Shown here piece after piece: positions 13,476 to 23,573 of a stretch of 64,000 nucleotides of DNA; position 1 is the stretch's first letter; each line of letters starts with the position of its first letter. A program made the translations under genes and the position numbers. The stretch lies in the NCBI RefSeq assembly GCF_018350175.1, contig NC_058373.1, positions 116,748,001 to 116,812,000 of the forward strand. The letters are read 5' to 3'. The DNA is from Felis catus (lineage: Eukaryota). The notes beneath the pieces were generated by a model that saw only the letters and a list, made by a program, of their open reading frames with translations, searched no databases and was not told where the DNA came from.

Positions 13476-15077
13476 TGTGTTCATTTCCTGCACCTCAAAC
13501 ACCTGTTGTGTTTCCTCTGATAATTCTGAGTCACCGTTCCCCTTCTACTTATTGCCTTTTACCCTACTTTATACCTCTGTGTTTCTACCATTGAGCTCCT
13601 CAGACCTAGCCCTTTGGCATTATATTGCATATTACATAAGTCTAATCATGTTTAAGTATAAGAGATAAACATTCACACTTAACTTCTCTTCTTATTTTGC
13701 CAGCTGTTGAATCATTTCCCTACCCACCAGTAACTCCGCCACGAAACTTGGGCACCTTCTTTATTCTAGGCTTCCGTTTCCGCCATCAAGCTTTCTGCCG
13801 AATTTTGTTGTTTCCTTCACCCTCCGCTATACAAAGGATCTTCCAGCTTTAATAGGACTTTGAAAAGTAACTTTTTTCAGTGAACTTTTTTAGTTAGGCG
13901 GTAGGGTAGGAACCAAATGTTATTTTTCCTTTTGGTTCTTGCTCTGGCCTAACAGACACATTTTAAATTGCTTTCTTATCTCCAGATTCAAAGGTAACTT
14001 CATCTTATTATATAGGTTTTGCATTTTATAACTTCTTTACTCGCTTGGTTAATTTCAGGGTGTTTTTGAATCTACTTTGTCTCCATCAGTGGTCTCTTAT
14101 TCAGATAGTGAACATTTGGAGAACAGGAACTGGATTTGCCAACCCCGTTTTTCCCAATCCTTCCTGCTTTTTGTTGAAGGGACAGAACAGAAATGAAAGA
14201 AGGGAAATTCCTCCCTAAAAAGTTACATGCTGATTCATAAATCTTAAATTCTACATGACCTTGCACTGAGATGTTTGTATGTGTTACAGGCTCGCTTCAA
14301 AGACTGAGACAGCCCTTCCATCTGAGATGTTACTTTTATGCAATGTGAGTGAACTTCAGAAAAGCCAGGAAGGGATGTAAAGAAAATAGTTTACCTTATT
14401 TGGTTGTCCTAGTTAACATAATGTTCAGGTACTGTGAGGTTATAATTCTATTATAAAATAAGCTTCCTATTACATTCTGAAGTATATTTATGGGCATTAC
14501 TAAAGAATATTTATGGGCATTCTAAATCTATATATACAACTTTATACACTATTAACATTGATACTTTCATAAATACTCAAATTTCATAAGATAATATTTC
14601 ACAAGTACTAGTGGAGAAATCTAACAACATCCCATTTTGTAATATGGACGTATTTGATGAGAAGTGCTACATCTTTTTGGTGAACATACCATATTGTGTT
14701 GTAAATTATTTCAGGGAAGAACTATAGTTATTGGTTTTTTTGTTGTTGTTTCTGGGTGTTTTTTTTTTTTTTTCGTTCCCACATCTTCTTATGTAGCCTC
14801 TAAACTATTCTTTATGCCCTTGGCACAAGGAAAGTTTCTCGTGTTGTTCCTTTCGTTTGGTTCCTTCAATTATTTATTGTTCTCACTTCCTTACCACTCA
14901 TTCATTTCTTGGAAAAAAATTATTTTTCCATTTTTCTGGTAGCTAATTCATTATACCAACTGGTAAATAAGGAAGATATCAAATGAGTACTTGTATATAT
15001 TTTATCTGGAGTTTAGGGGAGAGAGTCATGAGTAGGGATTTGGAGGTAACTGCACAGGGATTATATTTAAAAGTTCA

Positions 15078-15276
15078 GGGGCGCCTGGGTGGCGCAGTCG
15101 GTTGAGCGTCCGACTTCAGCCAGGTCACGATCTCGCGGTCCGTGAGTTCGAGCCCCGCATCGGGCTCTGGGCTGATGGCTCAGAGCCTGGAGCCTGTTTC
15201 CGATTCTGTGTCTCCCTCTCTCTCTGCCCCTCCCCCGTTCATGCTTTGTCTCTGTCCCAAAAATAAATAAACGTTG

Positions 15277-15314
<38 letters not shown>
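15078..15314 (+). mobile_element. Very young felid Can-SINE with 38-nt pure poly(A)
   Basis: Diagnostic young head, CpGs retained, A38 at 15277-15314, perfect TSD taaaagttcag. Confidence 0.97.
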
Positions 15315-15316
<2 letters not shown>

Positions 15317-16137
15317 AAAGTTCAGGTACCTATGATGTCACCAGACCACACTGGCTACCATGCAGCTATCTCCTCACGTAATTCCATTATTTGGTCTTCA
15401 TTCAGTTGCAGAGGCAACTATGACCCAACCAAGTCAACAACACCCTGCTTCCCAGAGTAATATTTTTACCTGAGTATACTCGTGCCTACTATCTTATCCT
15501 AATGGATTCAGTGCTCCCATACATCCTAATACTGATACCCTTTATAGCCCCTTCCCAAAGTATGAAGGATGGTAAGAGAGGCCAGCCAAAGCCAAGGATG
15601 CCATTCTGGAATCACTAACTGTTCAGTGGAGTCCACTAGCGATACTGAAGAGTGACCAAAAAGAGAAAGGCAAGAGAAAATGAAGAACATGGTTATCAGG
15701 GAAATCTGGAGAAGAGAGTTTTAGGGAAGAGGAAGGGGTCAAGACTGTGAATGTCTCAAGGAGCCAGAATCAGAAGGACTGTTTTTACACCTGTAGCTTC
15801 CCTTGAAGGGAGAGATTGTTTCCTCAAATACCCTCTAGCAACAAGCGTGTGGTCAGTGGTCAGAAGGAAATTCAGAAATGCTGGGGATGATTTAGAAGAG
15901 AGGAGGAAGCGCTTTTTCTGGAAGATAGATGTCAGGAAAGGATGGCAGGTTACGTTGTGATAGACCTTGAGTGATGAAGAGACTTTCCCAGTAGGATTTG
16001 AACGCATCTTCTTGTTTTCTAGAATTTGCAAGAAGTCACCGAACTAAACAGTGGGGTTGGTTGCTAAGTGGATCTTCCACTTACGTTCCAAATAGTACGT
16101 AGAGGTGGAAAATTAAATGTGTAGCAAGGAAGTTTTT

Positions 16138-16359
16138 TTTTTTAATTTTTTTTTTTCAACATTTATTTATTTTTGGGACAGAGAGAGACAGAGCATGAAC
16201 GGGGGAGGGGCAGAGAGAGAGGGAGACACAGAATCGGAAACAGGCTCCAGGCTCCGAGCCATCAGCCCAGAGCCTGACGCGGGGCTCAAACTCACGGACC
16301 GCGAGATCGTGACCTGGCTGAAGTCGGACGCTTAACCGACTGCGCCACCCAGGCGCCCC
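16138..16359 (-). mobile_element. Young felid Can-SINE
   Basis: Full length; perfect 14-bp TSD gcaaggaagttttt (16124-16137 and 16360-16373). Confidence 0.97.
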
Positions 16360-17699
16360 GCAAGGAAGTTTTTATACAGCTGACTCTTTCAACAGATGGA
16401 GGTGATGTGCTATAAATTAGTATTGTTCCTCTATTCAAATCTTTTGCTTTTTACTGTATTCAGTGATGCTTAGGCAGGTTTGCTGATAATTAAGAGAATT
16501 GCTAATAATTGTCAGCATATGTTTGCTTTTCCATCAACACCAAGGAGTAGGCTTTAGGTGTTACAGATCTGTCATAATATTACACACATAGTTGAAATTT
16601 TTATTTTTGACTAATTTAACAAATGTAAAACATATATATATATATTTCTACATATGCTAGTCTTGTGTCCAAAGTTCATATTGCACTGAAAGGGGTTTGA
16701 TGCTATAAACAAGGATGGGGAGAAAGGGAGGGAGATGGGGCTGGGAGGCAATGAGAATAGGAAAGAAGGTCCTGAGGACAGAAAAAATCTGTTATTTAAG
16801 TTAGTTGTCTGTCTTCAACAACTTGGTTTTGACAGGTCATTAAACTGTGGGCACTCTCTCTCCCTATGTGCCCATCTCTATTTTGAAATTGACAGGAAAC
16901 ATTGCATTGTTTTATAAGACGTAATGGGAGTCTTGGCATTTCTTTTAAACTGCAAAGAAATTTTTATGAAATATAAGATTTTTTAAAACTCATTAAAAAA
17001 CCTAGGAAGCATGTGAGATGGTTCCGAAGAGGAGGTCTGTAGTAGACACAGCCAAGCCTGGGCATTTCCAAGTCAGTTCTATTTATTGTCTTTTAGGGCT
17101 GCCTTTCAGTTTCCTCCTACAATGGATAGAACTTCACATCTCCTAAAAAAAGACAGTTCTGCAACAAACTATTTTCTAAGGGAAATGAAATGTGACAAGA
17201 ATGTCTTTTTTATCACCGTGGCATTAGTGCGTTGGCCTTTTAGAGACCAAAAGCTCTGGGAATGGTAGATTTATTTGGATTTCTGTGAGCTTGTGACAAA
17301 TGTTGAAAGCATCTGATTTTTATAAGAATCTACTTAGAATTGTGCTTGATGCTAGTATATTCTTTGTTTGAAAGATAGTTCATTGAAATAAACAGTCTGC
17401 CCCACCCCCAGTTACAAAACAGCTCATAAATTCCAGCTTTGGTTGCCTAAAGATTTTTTTCTATGGAGATGGGCTGGAGGTTACTTTGCATTTTGGCTCA
17501 GTTGGCTGGTTTCCCTCCCATCTTAGGAGGAGCACTTCTTAAACCTCAGCTGTGGCCACATGGGCATACCCGGCGCCTCTGGAAGCAAGTTAGCACGTTA
17601 TTCCACTTGAAGGCTTACAGTTGGAGAGGAGCATGCGGCGTTTTGAATTGTAAAGGAAATCCTAGCAGTCTGAGGGCAGAAGTATATCGAAAGCTCAAA

Positions 17700-18620
17700 A
17701 GCCAGGTTTAATTAGGTGGCCGTGCAAAACCATTATTCCCCATCACAAAAGCCGAGGAAGAGGAGCCAGAGTGAAAACAATTGGCGCTTATCGGCCGGCG
17801 GCCCGCCCCAGCCCATGAGCCCAGCTGGAGCTCAGCCGGCCCTGCATTCTGCAGGCAGCGTGCAGTTTTTGAAACTCCCCTCAATGTTCCAGCCTTTAAA
17901 TAGCAGCGAGTCTTCTCAAACGATGCTGCGTACTGCAGGAGAAATTAAAGCGGCTGCCTTGGAGGCAGGAGGCCGACTAGCGAGCTGCTTAATTATCGTG
18001 GAAGTAAGTGCTTGTTACCGATGAGCGGAGTGCAGCGAGCGCGGGTCGTCCCCGGGGCGTCTGCCGTGATTTGTAGACAATGCAGCCCTGTCAGCGCAGT
18101 GCTGGTTCAGCAGCATCCTTCCAAACATGTATTTGGCAAGAATTTAAAGGCCACCTCTTGTGTAATCCGTGGAGCCCTGGAAAAGGGTCCTCTGCCTTTA
18201 TTTTCAGGATGTACGCAACCACGCGGGGTTTTGCACTCAGCATGCGTGCCTCTTGCCTCCCGACTGACGGGCTCACAAGGAAGTTGGTGTTCTTCACCCA
18301 TCACCTGCAAGGATGCTAACACTTCTCTGTCGTCTGTCGGGGAATATGGACAGGTCTGTCCAGAGCAGCATTTTGTTGCTGCTGTCTTCCTAAATCAGCA
18401 CCGGAGGGGCGGGTGGGGGGCGGGGGGAGAATGCAGCGCGTAAGGAAATGCAGGCATTTGGTTAATTAGTGGAATTATTTCCAGCTTCAAGAGTAGACTA
18501 AGGAGAGCTTGAGAAGGGGTGGTGGTGAATGCGGGATCCATCCCGAGATACTCCTTGTGGGGGTAAGTAATAAGTGAGGGAAATACAGAGGAGTGCTAAT
18601 GGGTATAATGGCTCCGGGAA
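17700..18620 (+). promoter_or_regulatory. Putative proximal alternative promoter / non-coding first exon(s) of SIPA1L1
   Basis: Repeat-free, locally CpG/GC-enriched segment. TATA-like TTTAAATA at 17895-17902, consensus donor GAA|GTAAGT at 18004, second donor GG|GTAAGT at 18563, GC boxes (GGGGCGGG) at about 18406-18427. Confidence 0.55.
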
Positions 18621-19224
18621 AACCCTGCTTATTTTTTTCTCTATTGTATTTGCTCTTGCCAACTGTCTTAAGCATTTGTAAAGAACCAAAAAAAAAAAAA
18701 AAAAAAAAAAAGCAAGTAAGGATTTCGAGATACAGAAGGTGTTAAAAAGTGAGTATTGCAACATACTCGATAACGTAATTTTTTGTCTTGTTTAAAAATT
18801 GTACACTGCTTAATTATCGAACTCTGTTGGTTATGTCTCGAACTTCTGGTCAGCACAGTGGTGGGTTCATGATGCTCTACATTATTGGAGGTCGTTGGAA
18901 CCTGTGCTTGGTCTGTACTTGGGGTAGGAGCTTTGATGTCCTAGAACAAGATCTCCATGCCCCTCCTCTTACAGGAAACAGTTCAGTGAAGCTCAAGTAT
19001 GAATAGTCTTTTAAAATATATATCATTTAAAATAATGGATGGTCTTGAATGCTTTCACTTTTCTTCCTTTCAAACCTGCTTTACTAAAAATATGGGCTGT
19101 GAACTGCAAACCACAATCCATTATTGAGTCTTTTATTTTCTTTCATGTGTCTGCTTTTAGCAGTTGCATATTTATTTTTAGATGTATTTATCAAATGCTA
19201 ATCCTAATTGTCCTTCTCTTTTAG

Positions 19225-19526
19225 GGAAAGCATGGGATTATGGCAATCACAGAGTCCTCGTAATACAAGTTCCATTCATTTTTTTCTGAAAGACAGCTGT
19301 CTGTTAAAGTGAAGCAAAGGAACTATTGTGGATTATAATGTTTTGAAGATCTGGATTGTCAGAGGTTTGGAAATAAGGCATCATTTAACCTTTTAAATGA
19401 AAAAGATTAAGATCTCATGCAACTGCTATATTTTCTGGAAACCATTCTCCAAAAGGGAAGTGCACATTTAAAACTTAGATATGATGGTCCTTTGTACAGG
19501 GATTTGAGTCTGATTGCTTTTACATC
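19225..19526 (+). other. SIPA1L1: 5' UTR part (302 nt) of the 1800-nt first coding exon
   Basis: Strong acceptor tccttctcttttag|G (AG at 19223-19224) preceded by branch-like ctaat motifs; no in-frame ATG upstream of 19527. Confidence 0.85.
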
Positions 19527-21024
19527 ATGACCAGCTTGAAACGGTCGCAGACGGAGAGGCCTGCTGCCCCCGAAAGGGCCTCGGTTGTCGCCACAGATGG
19601 CGCCCCTAAAGTCCACACTGACGACTTCTACATGCGACGCTTCAGGTCCCAGAATGGCAGTTTAGGGTCCTCGGTCATGGCTCCGGTAGGGCCGCCCCGA
19701 AGCGAAGGGTCTCATCATATAACCTCGACCCCCGGAGTCCCCAAGATGGGGGTTAGGGCTAGGATTGCGGATTGGCCCCCGAGAAAGGAAAACGTCAAAG
19801 AATCTAGCCGTTCAAGCCAGGAAATAGAAACCTCAAGTTGCCTTGAGAGCCTGTCCTCCAAAAGCAGTCCTGTGAGTCAGGGAAGTTCTGTTAGCCTCAA
19901 TTCCAGTGACTCAGCCATGTTAAAAAGCATACAGAACACACTGAAAAACAAGACGAGGCCGGCGGAGAACATGGACTCCAGATTTCTCATGCCTGAAGCC
20001 TACCCCAGCTCCCCTAGGAAGGCTCTCCGCAGGATCCGTCAGCGGAGCAACAGCGATATCACCATAAGTGAACTTGACGTGGATAGCTTCGATGAATGTA
20101 TCTCGCCCACATACAAGACTGGGCCATCACTGCACAGGGAATATGGTAGCACCTCTTCAATTGATAAGCAGGGAACGTCCGGGGAAAGCTTCTTTGACTT
20201 GCTAAAGGGCTACAAAGACGACAAGTCTGATCGAGGTCCAACTCCAACCAAGCTCAGTGACTTCCTCATCGCCAGTGGGGGCAAGGGCTCCGGTTTCTCC
20301 CTGGATGTCATAGACGGGCCCATCTCCCAGAGGGAGAACCTCCGGCTCTTTAAGGAAAGGGAAAAACCACTCAAGCGCCGTTCCAAGTCTGAAACTGGAG
20401 ACTCGTCCATTTTTCGTAAGTTACGCAATGCCAAAGGTGAGGAACTTGGGAAATCGTCAGATCTTGAAGACAACCGGTCAGAAGACTCTGTCAGGCCCTG
20501 GACATGCCCGAAGTGCTTTGCCCACTACGATGTCCAGAGTATACTATTTGACTTGAATGAGGCCATTATGAACAGGCACAACGTTATTAAGAGGAGAAAC
20601 ACCACCACGGGGGCATCGGCCGCTGCCGTGGCATCTCTGGTCTCCGGACCTCTGTCCCACTCGGCCAGTTTTAGCTCCCCGATGGGCAGCACGGAGGACC
20701 TGAATTCCAAGGGGAGCCTCAGCATGGACCAGGGAGACGATAAGAGCAATGAACTTGTATTGAGCTGTCCGTATTTTCGGAATGAGATAGGTGGAGAAGG
20801 CGAAAGGAAAATCAGCCTGTCAAAATCAAATTCTGGTTCCTTTAGTGGGTGTGAAAGTGCCTCCTTTGAGTCTACGCTTAGTTCCCATTGCACAAATGCA
20901 GGAGTGGCGGTACTTGAAGTGCCCAAGGACAACCTTGTGTTGCATCTGGACAGGGTGAAGAGATACATCGTGGAGCATGTGGACCTGGGCGCGTACTATT
21001 ACAGGAAATTCTTCTATCAGAAGG
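19527..21024 (+). CDS. SIPA1L1: SIPA1L1 first coding exon (codons 1-499 plus 1 nt); low-complexity Ser-rich N-terminal region
   Basis: [15 protein letters not shown]...[16 protein letters not shown]...[12 protein letters not shown]...[16 protein letters not shown] recognised as SIPA1L1. Donor AGG|GTGAGT with GT at 21025-21026, phase 1. Confidence 0.97.
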
Positions 21025-22175
21025 GTGAGTAGAGCTCCTTTGCCATGATGTATGAAGTAGTTAGATTTGCTACAATTCATACCTTTTTGCATTTCTGAGT
21101 TACTGCCTCTTTTCAGCCATAAAAATGTATATTAAATATTAATGGTTTTTTTAATTTAGTGGATGCAATTATAGCCTTTGTAGAAAAGACTTGCTTTGTT
21201 ACCTTGAGAGATAAATGTCATAAAGTTGAAAATATTTTAAATACAGTTTTGTTTTGTTTTTTAACTACACAAACCATCTTAGTGCTGCCTTTTCTTAGCA
21301 GTCTTATGCTTAGTACAGAACCATTTCTTTTCTGCCTCAGTGTTCTCATCAGGAAATGGGACTTACACATTCCTATAACTTTGATAGGAATTTTAGTGAA
21401 CATTGATTGTGTTATTTGGCAAAAGTCACAGAGCCAATAAGTTTCCCGCAGGAATCAAATCTAGGTCTTAACAGATTTGAGTAGAAAAGAGTCTGGAGAG
21501 GTAAGGACCCTTAAAACATTGGTGACTTCCTTTGTAGTCTTTCTGGTGTTGTGGGGGGGGGGGGGGTACATACTGCATACAGTGTTGGATTGTAAGGCCC
21601 TGTGATTCATGGAACAGTAAGTAGTTTCACTGAAGTCTTGGGAGCTGTCATTGTTTTTGAGCCACGTTATTAATTGAAGAGTGAGTTTAAGTCATACGAG
21701 TGCCCAAGCTGAGAAACCAGCTGCTCACCAAGGGAGGACCTACACCGGTGATCCATTAGCTAGGTCAGTAATCTCGGCAGCCCTGGTGAGTGGCCTCCCT
21801 GTATGCAGAGTACCGGAGCAGCGCTCTGACTTTCCACTTCCTGCTTTGGGGTTTTTGAATCTTACTTAGATTCATTCTTCCGAATGAAGTTCCGCTTCTA
21901 GTACTCGTCGTAACTGTGTTACATTGCTCACGTTAGAATCAAACTTACCATGAGGTATTACATGATAGACCCTATTCAAGAGAGTTTGTTGGCCAAAAGA
22001 GTCTTGTCTTGTTGCTAAGTATCCGGGTCCTCTAAGTATCTGTGTCATTGGTATTTGACACTATGCTAATGAAGATCCCATTTTCATTTTTAAGCAATCT
22101 GTGTTTTCTCAGAATAATTTTATGGAGTTCAGATTTTAGAAATCACTTCTTCATTCTATACTGTCCGTTAGGGTA

Positions 22176-22403
22176 CAAGGTTTTTCAGTGTTGCCATCTT
22201 AGCATTTGGGGCTGGATAATTCTTTGAGGGGGCTGGCCATCCTGCGGGCATTGTAGGATGTAGGAGGGGTCAGCAGCAGCCCTGGGCTCTGTACCCTAAA
22301 TGTCAGTAGGTACCCCTCCCCCAGTTGTGATGACCTAAAATGTCTCCAGGCATTGCCAACTATCTCTTAGGAGGTAAAATTGTATCTAGCTGTGAGCCCC
22401 TGC
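22176..22403. mobile_element. MER20-like hAT-Charlie DNA transposon relic
   Basis: catttggggctggataattcttt, cattgtaggatgt, ccccagttgtgatgacc..aaatgtctccag.cattgccaa resemble the MER20 consensus as I recall it. Confidence 0.8.
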
Positions 22404-22569
22404 TTTATTGTACCTGGGGACATTTCCCACAGGTGTTTCTTAGTTGTCTGTTGGTGGAGGCCATCTTGCCAAAAACGGATGCATCGAGTCCAACATAAGA
22501 GAGAACATACCAGTTATAATTTTACTTATGTAGTAGTAGGCACTTTTTCTTATTAGGCAGTATAATAAT

Positions 22570-22830
22570 AGTAATAAACATTTTTGAGCACTTACTATGT
22601 ACCAGAAACTTTTAGTACGCATTTGGTGTGACCTGCATTTTCTCATTTCAACGTCTAAATGCCCACCGAGGTAGGTACTGTTAAGGATGGCATTTTCCAG
22701 AGGAAAAAACTGGGGCTGAAGTGGTTAAGTGAACCTAAATGGTTCAGCTGATGTGAGCTAGTGATGTGGGAGCCAGGATTCCACTTCTGGTGCATCTCAC
22801 CAGCGTAATGTCCTTAACCATCGTGTTCTT
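22570..22830. mobile_element. MIR relic
   Basis: tttgagcacttactatgt...gtaggtactg...cagaggaaaaaactggggct..ggttaagtga core. Confidence 0.7.
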
Positions 22831-23324
22831 CTTTCTACTATATTAGACTGTAGGGAAGGAGTATGTTTTTCCATTTAAATCTGGTAGAAATTTGTATGGG
22901 ATAAAAATTTGGGCATCTGTATTCCAGAGGAATCCAGATCATAACACTTCATAAATTTAAAAGCTACTAATTCAAAGTCATTTCTGATTTGAAGCATGGA
23001 AAATACCCTCTTACCCAGCAAAATTGGGACTTGTTAATTGAAAATACCAGTTAAAAGTAGGGAACCTTTAAAATGTTATACATGCTTAGAATGTTTTATT
23101 TTCACTCCACTATAAAAATGTACTCGGCAAACTCTTGTGAGGCCAAGGGCTTTTCTTTGACAGTGATTCCACTATTTTGAATTTTACATTGCCTTAAAAG
23201 TATCAACCACAAGGGCTACAACAGACCTTAGCAAAGCAGTCCAATCTTGCAGAATCTTAGGTTTCATTTTTTTCCTCCTTTTTTATAGTTGTCTTGCCCA
23301 CATCTAATCCAATAGCTTTCTTTT

Positions 23325-23573
23325 CTTTTTTTTTTTTTTTTTTTTAATTTTTTTTTTTCAACGTTTATTTTATTTTTGGGACAGAGAGAGACAGAGCATG
23401 AACGGGGGAGGGGCAGAGAGAGAGGGAGACACAGAATCGGAAACAGGCTCCAGGCTCCGAGCCATCAGCCCAGAGCCTGATGCGGGGCTCGAACTCACGG
23501 ACCGCGAGATCGTGACCTGGCTGAAGTCGGACGCTTAACCGACTGCGCCACCCAGGCGCCCCCCAGGCGCCCC
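23325..23573 (-). mobile_element. Young felid Can-SINE with duplicated 11-nt 5' head
   Basis: Perfect 16-bp TSD ccaatagctttctttt (23309-23324 and 23574-23589); ccaggcgcccc occurs twice in tandem. Confidence 0.97.

Noticed and set aside
14290..14344. Possible 55-nt UTR exon (ttacag|...AAT|GTGAGT)
   Set aside because: Poor polypyrimidine tract and weak exonic donor positions; indistinguishable from chance.
17716..18443. 102-aa and 143-aa ORFs in the promoter-like region
   Set aside because: GTG/TTG starts; expected in GC-rich DNA; no homology recognised.
20525..20968. 147-aa antisense ORF (and other antisense ORFs at 19407-21092)
   Set aside because: Shadow frames of the SIPA1L1 exon, with no independent protein features.
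19527..21032. 501-aa ORF as a complete single-exon gene or retrocopy
   Set aside because: It ends only by reading through a consensus GT donor; three downstream exons continue SIPA1L1 in frame.
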